Below the pieces are notes generated by a model. The model ran no database searches and was not told where the DNA came from. It saw only the letters and a program-made list of their open reading frames with translations. The position numbers were made by a program, and so were the translations under genes. A DNA stretch of 62,269 bases, filler included, from Rhabdomonas costata (taxonomy: Eukaryota), in NCBI GenBank assembly GCA_019059605.1. It is 23 parts of 23 records of this genome, joined end to end, with 100 filler letters (N's around TTAATTAATTAA, not from the genome) between each part and the next. Parts side by side here need not be neighbours in the genome. Positions count along the whole stretch, not along the records: positions 21,709 to 24,318 come from JAHMHO010002629.1; positions 24,419 to 27,030 come from JAHMHO010002630.1; positions 27,131 to 29,741 come from JAHMHO010002631.1; positions 29,842 to 32,456 come from JAHMHO010002632.1; positions 32,557 to 35,167 come from JAHMHO010002633.1; positions 35,268 to 37,878 come from JAHMHO010002634.1; 17 more parts are not named here. One strand, 5' to 3'. Below are positions 21,609 to 35,382 of this stretch, piece by piece; the first letter of the stretch is position 1, and the number at the start of each line of letters is the position of its first letter.

Positions 21609-24600
21609 NNNNNNNNNNNNNNNNNNNNNNNNNNNNNNNNNNNNNNNNNNNNTTAATTAATTAANNNNNNNNNNNNNNNNNNNNNNNNNNNNNNNNNNNN
21701 NNNNNNNNTTTTGGAGGGGGTTTAAAAACAGCAACAGAAATAAAGACGTAATTCCAAAAGTACTAATAATCAAAATCTGTAAGTAGGAGCCCTCTGCCTT
21801 GTATGGGGTTCATGAAACCCAGCCATCCCACAATGTTCAGGGGGCGGCCGCCTCAAGTCTTGCCTCAAGCCTTTCCCGTCTATCTGAGCGCCTCTCTTCT
21901 TATATCTTGGGTGCGCTTTATCTCTTCTCCCCTCTGCTCTCCTTTCTCCTGTGCCTTTCGCTTGCCGTGCCTTCCTGCTTTTCGCGTCTTTTCCACTTTC
22001 CTTCCCAATCCTTTCTCTCACTGTTTCGCTCGAGGGTCTTGCCCTTCTCTCTCTCTCTCTCTCCGGTTCGGCCTTCTCTCCCCTTTCCCTCTCTCGCTTT
22101 GCCTTTCTGCCGGGCAGGGTGTCATTTACTCGGGTTGTTCTTTTTCCCAACTTGCCTCGGTCAGAAGTCCTTGCTCTTGCCGCCCCTTCTTCCTCAACTT
22201 TCTCTCCAATCAACTGCTCCCATATATCCTCCGTTACCCCAATGGCTTTGCACCGCTGCTTCATCAACGCTTGAGCTTTTCTCAACTCAAGCGCTTCCAA
22301 TCTTGAGCTGGTCAACCATCCCACTAAAATCTCGTATGTCAACCACTCCTCCCACTTCGTCTAAGATGACTCCAAAATTTCTGACGACTGCCAACACGAA
22401 CGTGTTCTTTATCTTTTTCATCCACTTGAAGGCTCTCCTACGTGTCCCGCAAGGCCATAGCAAACAAGCAAACAAAGGGAACAACAAAAACACATTTTCA
22501 CAGAAGGCCATTAAAAAAAGGGCGCTTATAGCAGGAGGATTATGTGGTCGGCGGAAGGGCCAAAACACAATATCCGTGATTTGCATTAACGGGGACCCAT
22601 GTATTCGGTGTGTTTCGCGGGTTTAGCCGCAGGGGGAATCGCGGGACCGCCAAATACCGAATACGGAGGAAGGGCCGAAAATACACTAAACGGAGCCCCC
22701 GTCTTCGGGGGTTTTGTTTTCGTTTTTTTTGTGCGCAGGTTTATGTAGAGCGCCAAAAACATTTGTTTCTTGGTGTGGCTTTCCGGCCAAGCCAGAAATG
22801 AAAATCCCGCGCAAGTTTTGGCCTGAAATGCCCATTATTTTGATGTGTTTCTTGCCTTCTTTGTGTGCTTTGCTTGCCGGTCGGCCCGCCTCAGTCTTAG
22901 AAAATTTCGCGCTGGCATGGCAAAACTGAAAAAAAAGCCGTCGATCCCAAAGCCTCCAATACAACCTTGGATTCAACGGATCGCCGTGCCCGCGGTCCTT
23001 TCTTCGAAGAAGTGCACAGAAACGAGAACAACAAAACCAAACACATGGCGAACAAACCGGACAATGGGGAGGGGGGACGATAATCGATGCCATCCTAGAC
23101 GGAGTAATCAACTTTCCTAGGTAATGCCCCGGACTCAAGCACAGTCGGGCCAGAATTCTGTTGTTTAGAAGGATCCACTGCATTGCCTTCTCGTATTCGC
23201 TCTCCGAAAGAAAGCTCAAAAGACAACCAACCGGAGGAACGCCACCGTGCAAGCCCGACAGACCTGTGACAGTGCAAGCGCGCATAGCTATATACTCCGC
23301 CACGCAAAATAAGGTACACGGAACTGCGCAGGGGCCAGCACACGGATGGAGAGGCGGAGGCTCACTACTTCTTCAGAAACTCCTTGTCCACCCTGGTCAG
23401 CACCTGGACGCTGGCATCCCTCAGGGTGGCCCCTCGCGTCCTGAAGGGGGTAAGGTAAAGCAGGGAGAACAGCACCCTGTACTTTCTATAGGATTTGTAC
23501 CCCAGCATTGCCAAAAATAAAGCAAGGCACACTAACATCCCAAAGTACAAGAATTGCGCCGAGTTGAAGGTATTTTCATGGTAACTTTCAACCGCTGGCT
23601 ATTTTGGTGTGGGTCATGTTGGTTCGACCGACAACTTCCAGGCTCTGAGTTTGCGGTGTAACCTGCTTTTTATCATTTTGCCATTTGTCCTTTGCATGAA
23701 TTTTCTGAATTCAAATTAGTTCAGACCAGGAAGAAATGTCACGGGAGGGGAAAGAGGGAAGAGTTCCCCCCGGATAGACATTGGTACAAAAAGGCCCTCA
23801 CCCTCCCTTAACCATGCGCACTCCTGGATGCGTGAGATGCAGGAATTGCAGGGGATGCAGAAAAAGTTGTTTCTCACAAAACCCCAGTTAGCTCCATACC
23901 AAAAGCGAAGGGACTTGGGACTTGCGACACTTGGGCAGCAGTGCTAACCGTTCGAGAGGATAGAGTTATAAGCGCAAAGGCGGAGTGTGGTGCACCACAC
24001 AAAGTAGTGAATGAAAGAAGGGCTGTGCAAGGATAGCCATGCAAGGTTAGACAACAACAGGGGTTTGTGACATAGGTAACACTTCCCCGCGCTCCCATAA
24101 CAGTGGAATGCTGCACTATGGAAGGATACTCTGTAATCACCTCTTTTCAATCCACGCCGAAAACGTTACTGCAGCAACGTGCAGCAACGCCACAAACAGA
24201 CCATATGGTTCTACAGCACAGCACAAAGAATTGCTTTGGTTTGGGTGGCTGTCTTGTTTCTATCACGGCAAAGAAGTTTTATTTTTTTCTGCTCACGACA
24301 CCAACGTAAAAACAACCCNNNNNNNNNNNNNNNNNNNNNNNNNNNNNNNNNNNNNNNNNNNNTTAATTAATTAANNNNNNNNNNNNNNNNNNNNNNNNNN
24401 NNNNNNNNNNNNNNNNNNGTTTGTGCAGCATTGGGGGGGGGTTGGTTTTAGATTGTCTTGAAGTCTCGCTGATGTCACTCTTCGGTCACGTCTCCCTTTA
24501 GTAAAGCGTTCTGCGGGTTGCAGTCAAAGCGATGCCATCGCGATGTAGCCGAACGAGCTGAGCGGTTCGGAAGGGGGATTCAACAAGAGCCCAGACCCGT

Positions 24601-26522
24601 ATATGCTTTTTTAACGCGTAACACCACGGGTCATGGGTATTGTTGAAGGGACCATGGTTGACCATGGTGTATCCTACACCGGCTCTACGTCATGCCTACA
24701 AGCACGTACACACTGGTAACCCACAGAGGTCGTTGCAGATGTGGTAAGGCGCAGCGGCAGTTGCTGTTAACTGGACACTGTGAAACGTCCCGTAGCGGAC
24801 AACAGTAGCGTGTACACAGCCGTCGTGGTGTTTGGCCTCGACAACCACCCACTGATTCGCCAACGGGACAGGCACCCACGGCAATGAACGAGCCAAAGTG
24901 CCAAAGTGAACGTAGTGACACCGGCTGTAGTAGTTGTAGGAGTGGACGGGTGCCTATTATCATTGTATCGCATCAACCAGTCATTGCCCAGGGTACACGG
25001 TACACTACGCATAGCAGTAAAAGAAGGGCATGTGTAGCTGAAGGCACTCTGCAGCCACCTCAGCAACCACCACAGTAGTGCGAGTGGCACCATGTGTGAT
25101 AGGTCCTCTCCACCCACCTTGGTAGTTGTAGTGGTAGCACCACAACACCAGCCAGCTACCATGCCAACTTAGCAACCATCACAGCCTAAACTAACACTGA
25201 AGTTGCAAAGATGCCACCAACGATGTTGAAGGGAGCGCAGCGACCAATAAGTCGAAAGAAAGAACAAAGAAAGAAGCTGATACCCCACACCCCTCCTCTG
25301 ATGATACGGTCATGGGGCCGCTGAGGTCCTCCCCCTGTGCCCCGCTCGACCGAAATGCCGCTTCACCTCCCAGAGGTTAGGTTATGGAGAACCTATATTT
25401 CGGTCACTATGAATCTTTTTCTGACCCTGTTCGACATTTTCAGTTCTGCGAAAATGGTTCCAGAGCAAAAAAAAAACCCGCAATCCAAACGACAGGAGTT
25501 ATCGCTTGGCGCACGATGCAAAAGCAGGCCAATGTGGTCAGTGTTGCGTCCCACTGTCCGCTGGAAGGTTGTTTTCAATAACTTTAGCTTTTGAGATGAG
25601 AAGATTGCGAAAAAGATGGCTGAATCGTGCGAAACAACTAAGCCAAAGGTACCACCATCCCAAGTAGGTTTTTATTCCCATCGTGAAAATGAGCGAAAAC
25701 AAGAATAAGCGACCATCCACCAGCCCTCCGCCAGCAAAGCCTCGCCCGAGCGATGCCCCGAAACAATCCCCCAAACCAACGCGCTCGGCGGGAGGTTGTG
25801 TTTCTGTTTGTTTTCATTAGATTATGGTATTGTTCGCTGATGTGCACTCATTTTTTCTTTAGTATCCCATCAATTAATTCGGTTTGAAGAGAGAAAAGAA
25901 AGAGAAAGTGGGTACCATCCAAAACCTAACTTTAGCGTGGCTCACATTTGTTAGCCGCACAGGGAATTCGACAGTGAAGCGGGGGCTTCGCCCCGTACCA
26001 CGAAACAGGCTGGGCAATGTGGTGCGCTGAATGGTAAACCTATTCCAAGTATCCCTGACAAGACAGCCTGCAGGCAATCGGCGCACCAGTAAGCTGCCCC
26101 AACTTGGACTTTAGAGACGAGGACAGCGATCTGACTGACAGGGAGGAGAACCGTCGACGCTTTTGCGTGCTGCTCCACAGCTGCCCCCAAGGGCACTTCA
26201 TGCGGTGATCGGTTGGCGACCCCCTCAGCGAACTCGTCACTGATAATTGTATGGTCGTGTCCAGTACAGCGTTTCGTTGAAAGTCGGAAATTAACACCCG
26301 GTGTTCCCCCCCCCCAAAGGTCGCAGCATGATTTTTTTTTTGAATAAAACATAGGATCTTGCGCCTTTGGTCTTAGGTTGTGGTGGGGTTGGATGGTGAA
26401 CCACGGCCATTTTGTCTGGTGTGTCCTCGGCCGCGCCGCGTGGCAAGCTTTAGGTCAGGAAATGTACTAAGAATGCAAAGGGGAGCAGGAAGCAGTTACA
26501 GCATAATGGAGGTCAGAATGCG

Positions 26523-26975
26523 TCAGCGACAGGACAGCACGCCCTCCATGTGCCCTCCTCGATGGCGTACACAACGCCTAGCCCTGAAGGAGAGGTTCTC
26601 CAGGGCCTTGCGTGCAGTGGCGACCGAGATGTCTCGAAAGGCGGAGGATATCCTCGCCCGCAGTTGCCTGAGCGACCGGAAGGGCTGAGCGAAGACAGTA
26701 GCCTTTACTTGGCCCCACAGAAAGAAGTCCAGGGGCGAGAGGTCCGGTGACCGAGGTGGCCAGAGGACCGAACCCCCTTTGGAAATCAGTTTCCCAAGGA
26801 AAAGGCTGTGAAGACGGGCCAATACCTCACGAGTTGTGTGGGGACTGGCGCCATCTTGCTGGAACCAGACCAGACGCAGGAGCACCCCAACCGCGTAAGC
26901 TCTCTGCTGTACCTCCCAAACCATGTGTTCAAATGTCTTTGTGGTTGTTTCGGCAAAATCAGAGAAACTCTGCAA
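26523..26975 (-). mobile_element. Tc1/mariner-superfamily transposase, C-terminal fragment with DD41D spacing
   Basis: VWFQQDGASPHT...WPPRSPDLSPLDFFLWGQVKATVF...CVRHRGGHME. I count 41 residues between the second and third catalytic aspartates. Confidence 0.9.
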
Positions 26976-28739
26976 AGGAAACGGAACGCAGGCCCCCCAA
27001 GCTGTAGAAAAAATGGCATACCACCCACACNNNNNNNNNNNNNNNNNNNNNNNNNNNNNNNNNNNNNNNNNNNNTTAATTAATTAANNNNNNNNNNNNNN
27101 NNNNNNNNNNNNNNNNNNNNNNNNNNNNNNGTTTTGAGCGCCCTATCCTTCTTTGAGGACAACGAAAGCTGAAAAACTCGCACCTCGCATATTTCAACAA
27201 ATCGCCCGTTCTTGCATGCAAACAAAACAGAGCATGTTGTTTCAACTATTCAATTGGCTTGGGAACGTCACGCGAGGGCTGACCTCGCCGTCACTTTTAC
27301 GGGGAAGGGGTCGACACTCAGAAGGTCCTTTCCTGTCAAGGGGAAACCACGACTTCGAGCCTTACTGTTTTCCGCGGGGGTTTCTGGGTTTCCTTGAAGG
27401 CCAAAATGGGGCACCTTTCGGTCGTTAGGAGCTCTGCCGATCAAAAGGATCCTTCACCCTACAGTCTTCATTTTTCAAACGCGGGTGGGATGGAGGGATG
27501 TACATTCACTGCTGCCATCCGCCGTGGTCAGCAGCACGGCGGCAACCAACACCACCAGAGCGACACTCAAAGAGCGAAGCCCTCGGTGCGGCATTCATTG
27601 TGGCAGAGAGAGGACTAAAGCAACGGGCAGCAATTGCGCAAGCACAATCACGAGGTAACCGCTCAAATTCCAGGGCGCCACCCACGAACCCCCCAGTTGC
27701 TGCTTCTAAAGAGAATCCAACTGGCCAGGCTCAGGACCAAGCCCTCAACTCCCAACCGACCCACAGACCCATAACTAACAGACAACTGGACTCCCCTGCG
27801 CCAAACCTGAAACCCGAGAGGCGTTTCAGCGGAATCCCAAACCTAGGAGGGAACTGCGGACAGTGCCCCCTGCCCATTGGGTTCCCGCGACGCGGTCGGC
27901 ACGGGCGGCAAAGTTGGCTGGGTTCCCTCCCTCCCTCCCTCTATACACTAAAATAAAAGCCAAAAATGCCTCTCACAAAAATTGCCATGAATCACATTCC
28001 AGCATACCCCCGATGCCATAATAATCTGAGGAACTTCCTGTGGTCCGTAGGGGCCACACAGAAGAATGCTGGAACACATTTCAGAACAACGACAACCTTC
28101 ACAACCGTGTCCCTGAGGTGGGAAAACATTGCTGTTTTAGAGGGCGAGTAACGAGTTGATTTTGTCGGCTATGAAGCGAAGGAACAAATTAGCACAACCA
28201 AAATTAAAGAAAGAACGAAGAAAAAGCCGATCATCGACCGTAAAGTTGCCTTGGCTGGTTTGAAAGAAACATTCCGGATAATGCGGTGGACCTATATGCG
28301 GCCGGATCATCCCCACAACGGAGGTCCCAATTGCAGGGCTGGGAAAAAATGCAAACTGGCGGACCAAAAATGCAATGCAAAAAATCAATGAAAAAAGTGA
28401 CATTTCTGCACTGACCAAACAAGCGGCCCAAAGACGGTAAACAGGACCCGCCTAATTCTGTTTGTTACCTAAACACCACTTCATATCCCTACGGAACCAC
28501 AAACGGAACCAGAAAAAAGAGAAAAAAACCAAAAAAAAAATATATGCAAATTTTGCAGATTGTACCTTTTTCCCAGCCCTGCCCAAGTGCCAGCGCACAC
28601 TAAAGACCTAAGATACCCAACGTCAGCGGTTGGGCGGCCCTGATCAGCGATATGGGCCAGATATGCGGCTCTCACTGAAGTATCATGGCAGGATCAAAGT
28701 GCTTTCAGGTTGGCAACGGACAACAGCCTGCAATGACTT

Positions 28740-29120
28740 CCGCGGAACCACTGCTCCTCCAAACTCCCACCAATAGCCATGAAAAGCTACTTCCGAAGGC
28801 TTATTTGGTTCCAGAATTTAACGCAACTCACTCGGAAGCGTCCAAAATGCAAAAGTTCGAAAGGAACGCGAGGCAGAAATGGCTTCAACACAGGACACAC
28901 AAAGATCCAAAAGCCAAACTAATCATACATTGCCATTGCCTTTTCACGGGTTTTCGACAACGCTTTGCCGCAAAAAGCATAGGTCCGCTACGCCAGCTCA
29001 AACGCGCTCTCCACTCGGCTGAACACAAGGCGGAGAGTCTTCTCCAAAAACTTGCCGTCGGGGTGAGCGTACGCCGCCTGAATGTCCCACATCTGCCGGG
29101 GTGTGACAGTGCCGGGCAGC
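28740..29120 (-). mobile_element. Possible decayed LTR-retrotransposon pre-integrase/integrase remnant
   Basis: AAYAHPDGKFLEKTLR...AFCGK, followed by broken frames with LDL, ILDAS and GYWWEFG. In-frame stops present; weak resemblance only. Confidence 0.25.
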
Positions 29121-32100
29121 TCGGCGATGTCTGTGACTGTCGCACTGTCCAGCATGAAGCCCACAGGAACCCCAGGGATGCCTGCGGACACAGCGTTGAG
29201 AGAAAAGCATTTAAGAAAAAGCGTCCCAAGAGCCTAGACGAAAACCACCAGTGCGCAACTCTCTCATCTCAAATCAAATGGCCCAAGATTTTGAGCGCAG
29301 GGCACTCAACCCAGCTTCAACTCCAAATTCCAACGGTTGGTTGAGACTGCAGAAAGCGAGGATAAAAAAGGAAACACCCCAAGCACCTGAAATACAGAGA
29401 CGAACAACGCACATTGATTCAGAAATTCAGCAGATCTCATTCCCCGTTAACGACCATTTTCCACTCGCAGGCCCATCCGCTCCAGAAATGGTCAGAAATC
29501 GACTCCAATTTATGGCAAAAATAAAGCAAACGCAGTCCCTCCACACACCAAAGGCCAGAAAGGCCTGCAGCGCGGTGAACGCCTGCGCCTCGTTGTGGGG
29601 GCACACGGTGCTCACGTTGGAAATTAGGAGTGAGGCAGCGTTGGTTCCTCGAGGCTTGCCCACCAAAAAATCTGAGCCAAGAATCAACAGCGAAAAAGCT
29701 GTAGTCATTTGATGAGAGGTAAGTGGAATACCCCCCCACCCNNNNNNNNNNNNNNNNNNNNNNNNNNNNNNNNNNNNNNNNNNNNTTAATTAATTAANNN
29801 NNNNNNNNNNNNNNNNNNNNNNNNNNNNNNNNNNNNNNNNNTGTGTGTGGGAATACGAGTTGAGGAGTACCATTCTTTTGCTTGCAGGGATATTCAAAGA
29901 ATCGGATTTTTCTTGTCAGTTCTTAATTCGGAAAAATCGATCCGAATTGTGTTGGCTTGTAGCATCTGCAGTGGAAGTTGCGGAGTGAAAGGGCATGGCG
30001 CTAAGCACGGTGTGTGTGAGTGCATGTGTGTGTGTGTGTGTGTGTGTGTGCGTGCGCCGAGTCTTCGTGCCGGAGGGGCGTGGCGCGGGCTCAGTACACA
30101 AGGACCTCTTCAGCAGCAATGGAGGGATGTGCCAAGCAGTGAGCCGCAGCCCGAGAGTCAGCACGCGCAGATGGACAGGGGCCAGCCGACCCACTGCCCA
30201 CACGGTATCGCGACAAGTACTTGGTCGCACTATCCGGCTGCAACGTAACTAAAGAAATGGGCCTCGTCGCTCACGAAGAAGGTACGGGTGAAGCGACAAT
30301 CACTTTCGAATCAACAATGTGGCGAGGAGGATACTCGCTATACAAAGCATGACGGGGCCTGCGCCAGTGGCTCCACAGTAAGTGTATGTGATGGCTACAG
30401 GCCAAACTTGCTGGTTTTTGGTTATTTCGTTTCGGCGTCAAGGCCTTTTTTATCGCGGTGGTCTTGAACCTGACTGTGTGCCATATTAAAGGACCGCTAA
30501 TAATCCTTCCAATGATGAAAAGGTAGGGAAAACTTAACGAATGGAGATGCCTGAAGAGAAAAGTTGCGCGACCCTGACCGTGCTGCTCAACCTCCAGTCC
30601 AAAACCTATCTAAATATTTGAGAATTGTTTTGATTCTGAAAGACAGCCTGACAGCAGACAGCACAAATAATACACAACAGTGCCCAAGGATGGTTTCAAA
30701 CGAAAAGACGCGCAGGGAGGGCAGGGTACGGGGGAGGGGGGCAAAAAAAGCACAAGCGAGAAGCGAAGCAGCCCGTCGGGTACGTTTGACGTTCAGTGCA
30801 TATTCACATCGAGCTGCACCAAGCATCTCACTTTCTACTTAAACAGCAGAGGAACATCTCAACACCCACCGCCTTCTCCGCACAAAAATGGAGAAGTATT
30901 GGGTTGCGGAGGCAGAGATTCAACGTCGCGCCCGGGCGCGGCACCAGAAAAAGGAGTGGGAGGAGCGACCTAAGCCACAACCTCCTGTGCGCGGGGCGAG
31001 AACCGAGCTGACGCTAGCTTTTGACACGTGGGGCACGCGTAACACGTGTTGCAGCAGTACAAGAATGAGGAGGTTGCCGGGATGTTGTTGCAGAGAAAAG
31101 AGCCTTTGCATTTTAAATCCTGGAATGAGGAAGAAGGCACTGAAACATCGGAGGTGGGGGTGGCCATAAAAAACTTTCAAAGACAAAGCCCAGCATACTA
31201 AGAATGCTGAGGCTTTCAATGGAATGCTGTGCCAGGTGTTGACATATGGCAGCAAGCAGAGATAAAAAAGGGAGAAGCAACAGGCCCCCAAAACCGACCA
31301 GGGCTGCGACATGCACAGTGAGGACGACTCCTAAGGTATATATGAGCCCAAGTTAACAACCAAAGGTATTGAGGGGGCGACACAGCGCGCCCCGGTCAAA
31401 ACCAAATCACGGAAGCAGGCCTGGCCCTCTCTTTCTTTCACCACCTTTGAACACGTCCCGCGGCAAAAGGCACACACGAAGAGGGCAGATGGGGGGCATA
31501 AACAACGGCTCAATGAAGCACCAGCACAGTTTTGCAATGGCACTGAAAGAAAACTGAGAGAGAAAAAATGGGGGGTCTTTGCATGACTGGAAGAAGACCG
31601 AAGCGGGCTTGAAGACAAAAGCAGAGGAACTCCCGAAAGGGCGACTGACTCCACGTGAGCAGGTGCAGGCAAATGGATATACTTGGGGGTGTTCCCGCAT
31701 CAGGTAGCACTACGGAGGGGCTCAGGGGTGGGCCCAGCCGTAGATCCACGCGAACTGAGGAGGCTCGTCCTCTGCGGCCCTCTGGCACATCCCCAGCAGC
31801 TCAGAGGCAATCGCGTCGTTGGGGGCTTGCTTCAGATAAGCCTAGCAAACAAACGGGGCGAAGCGCGTACTATTGTGGATGTATTTTTTATACACCACAA
31901 TCCATGAGAGCCCATCATTGAGGTGGTGACTCCCCTGCGGGATTTTGGTTTTGTCACCAGGTCTGAGCTGATATCCAGCAGAGAGAGGGGCTGCTCCGGC
32001 CAAGGCCTCCCAGACGTGCCGGGAGTCTCAAAGTGTGCAGGGAGGAGAAGCAACCAAGAAGCTGTGGCGAGGGGGGGGGCTTGCCCAGAGAAAGTCCCAC

Positions 32101-32556
32101 CATGGAGGAGGAAAGGATCACCACACAAACACTCGTGTGGAAGAAGGATACATCGCCCTGTTTTACTTCGCTAATGGAGATGCTGCTGCGAGGCTATAAC
32201 GAGTGCGGGCAGCCGCGTGTGCGCTGTGACTGAACATATCGAAAACTAATCAAATAACGTCAGGGAAGCCCAAAGGGTGAAACTACAACACTTCATACGG
32301 CACCCTGGGCTTGGGTTCGATAGCACAAAATACATTCAACTCCATTTCAGCAGCGCCACATGTGCATCACGTTGCGATCAATCGAAAGCTGTCCATGGTG
32401 TTGCACTGAGAAGCGTTCCGTTTCGATTCGGTGTCACGTGAAATTACCCCACAACCNNNNNNNNNNNNNNNNNNNNNNNNNNNNNNNNNNNNNNNNNNNN
32501 TTAATTAATTAANNNNNNNNNNNNNNNNNNNNNNNNNNNNNNNNNNNNNNNNNNNN

Positions 32557-34106
32557 TTGTGGGTTGACTTTACGGATGCGACTATTACAGGATGGAACCT
32601 TGCCCCCAGGGATGGTGAGTTCATCGGTGCCAGTCTCTGTGGACTGGACTTCTCTCGGCAAAACCTCAGCGGTCTGAAGCTCACCAATTGCAACTTTAGC
32701 CGCGCCAAGATTCGTGCAGCAAACTGCTCCGGGGTGGACTTCACAGGATCCCATCTTGATGACATCGCCGATCGTGACATGAGCGGGTGTCGATTCGAGA
32801 GCGTAGAACTCTCCGGGAGGTGTTTCAGCAGCGGTTGGAACTTTTCTGGGTGCTTCTTCGGTGGTGTGAATTTCTCCAGCGTAAGCATCCGTGGTGCCAA
32901 CTTCAGCTTCGCCTCCTTCGTTAAGTGCAACCTCACCAGTGGGGATTTCTCCCGGAGTGACTTTTCCCGTGCCTCGTTTGTCGGGGGATGCATTTTGACG
33001 AGCTCAAAGTTCAGCGGAGCAAATCTCAGCGGTACAAACCTTACCGATGCCGCCATAACCAGTGTTGACTTTTCCGGGGCTAAGCTCTGTGGGTGGTCCG
33101 TGGGCACGGGCCAGAGACCCCGCGACGGAGACCTTTCGAGGGTGAACTTTTCCGGAGTCGATCTCTCCGGACAAAAACTTCAAGGTCGTTTTGCACATGG
33201 CTTCATTTTTTGTGGTTTTTTCTGCTTTGTGGTTGTGCCTCTTTCGGCATTCACTCAGCGTCTTCAGTTAGCTGACGGATAGAGTGATGCATGATATAGA
33301 GGAAGAAGCTATCGCCGCCCTTTCTCTCAGGCCTGAAGCTTTGCCACTGTGACTTTTCTGGAGTGCGCCTGAACAACACGGTGCTCTCCAACGTGGACTT
33401 TACCAAAACGAGCCTCAGCGAGGTGGCCAATTTGGCTTCTTGCTGCAATTTCTCACGTGATCTTTCTTACATGTCACTAATCTCTCCGTCCTTTCCACCC
33501 ACTTAACCACTCTTTATGGCTGGGATTTGAACGCCGCCCTTCCGCCCAACACAACGTGTTGTGTGGGTCGTGTGTGTAATTGCCTTTTTGTGTGCGTGCC
33601 TTCAAGAGTTGGTAGAAAACGCGTTTCTGCGAGCAACATCCTCGTATTTCCCCCCTCCCTGCGATAAGGTCGCCGACAAGAACATGTCAGGGTGCAGCTT
33701 TGACGGATGCGACCTCAGTGGGAGAGCCTTTTCTGGAGGCTGGGTCCTCTCGGGCTGCTCCTTTGACAACGCCAAGTTAACCGATGTCGATCTTACGGGA
33801 GCAAAGCTGTCTCAGACGAGCTTTCTGGACGCGGACCTCACCAACGCCACGCTTTCCCACTCCACCGTGGTGGGCTGCAGTTTTCGCCGCTCTGTTCTTG
33901 TGGGCACGAACTTCACGGGGACAAAGTTTTTCCAGCCTGAGTTCACGGGAAGCACCCTGAGCAGCACCAACTTCAGCTTAGCCAACCTGCCTGGGCTCCG
34001 GCTCTCCGGTCTCCGCGTGGTGCGATGCAACTTCTCCGGCGCCAATCTGAGCAATGCCGTTTTTAGCGGGGTGAGCTTTGTGGAGTGCGTATTCTCCGGC
34101 GCCGTT
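32557..34106 (+). CDS. Pentapeptide-repeat protein (partial, 3 exons)
   Basis: Exons 32557-33184, 33331-33422 and 33669-~34106, GT-AG and in phase. Continuous (A/C/V)(D/N)(L/F)xx repeats such as ANFSF, ANLSG, TNLTD, ADLTN. Confidence 0.92.
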
Positions 34107-35382
34107 GTGAACAGGGCACTTAGCCAGCCTTACGGGGGCACCCCTCTAGATTCGCTGTACAGTACCCCCACGTTCAGCCCATTCCTGCCACCCTCGGCCA
34201 CGGTGACGCCCCCGGTAGTGCAGCACCCTGGAATCTCTGTGCTAACTCGTGCCTTGGGACATCTGCAGCTGCATGAACGGCCTTTGTCCGGAGGTCTGCT
34301 TCGTGTCCAACTTTGATTAATTTTTTGTCTGGCTCATGTGCATGGCTTCAGGAGGCTACCCTTGAGGGAGGGTGATTATGCCGTAGGTACTGCCACAGGA
34401 CTAGGTGGCGTAACGTCTTCCTCCTGTATTCGCATCGTTGGGGTTGTTTGTCTTCGGTATGTTCCTGACGAAATCAGAATACGGTTCTAGAATACGGTCG
34501 TGAGTGCTATTCGTAGGACTCAGTCTTGGCGAAAGGGTAGGCATGCCCCCTGTTGTTTTGCAAAACGCTTTCCTGTTGGGGGTGCCCTCGCAGATTTGTG
34601 GAAGAGACCTCCGTCGACTGAGTTCTGACCCAGTCGACCTGTACACTTCTTTTGTGTTTGTTTCTTCTAAACATTCCGTGACTTCTGCCCTTGAGTTGCC
34701 TCGAGTCGGTCTATATTGGCCTTCTTTTGCAGAGCGTAACGCTGCTTTCTCGCTATATCGCTGTGGACACAGGATTTCGACCTCTTTTCAGCTAAAGGTC
34801 TCTGTCACAAAACACCACCATGTGCTGTCAGACAAGTTGGGAGAGATTACGCTCCTCTATGATTTAGTTACCAATTCGGGAAGTGACTTACGCCAAGGTG
34901 GGTTTAGAGCAAACAGCGGACAGCATGAGTGGTCGAAATTCGAGGGATAAAGCACAAATAAAGTGAGGAATTTAGCCGGGGAGGGGGGTTCTTTTGAGGA
35001 TTTGAACCTTAGCTCGCACCTAGGAGGCGTATACGATATTGTCAATGGAACAAAGGCATCCAATTATGCCAGACACAGTCGGAAGGTTGCTTCTTCACTT
35101 GGTCTGAAATGGTTGTTTTTGTTATTCCTGGTTGAGCTTGCTAACCGGGTCGTGTCTCCAAACCCCCNNNNNNNNNNNNNNNNNNNNNNNNNNNNNNNNN
35201 NNNNNNNNNNNTTAATTAATTAANNNNNNNNNNNNNNNNNNNNNNNNNNNNNNNNNNNNNNNNNNNNGGTGGTTGTGAAGCGGAAGAAGCTGTCTGCGCG
35301 CAAAGACGTTCAGTAGCTGATAAGGAATTGTAATCCAGCGACCTGTGGCCTTCCAGTTCAGACAGATCCATTTCCACCAGAA

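Noticed and set aside
21770..22626. Overlapping 190-aa (-) and 275-aa (+) ORFs
   Set aside because: Low-complexity CT/GA-rich sequence with no recognisable domain. It may be transposon debris, but this is unsupported.
23095..23590. Exon-like minus-strand segments (TRGATLRDASVQVLTRVDKEFLKK; hydrophobic stretch upstream)
   Set aside because: I could not build a consistent spliced model or assign a family.
30011..30052. (GT)n/(CA)n/(GA)n tracts here and at ~5980, 17439, 41225, 44053, 45356
   Set aside because: Ordinary intronic or intergenic microsatellites.
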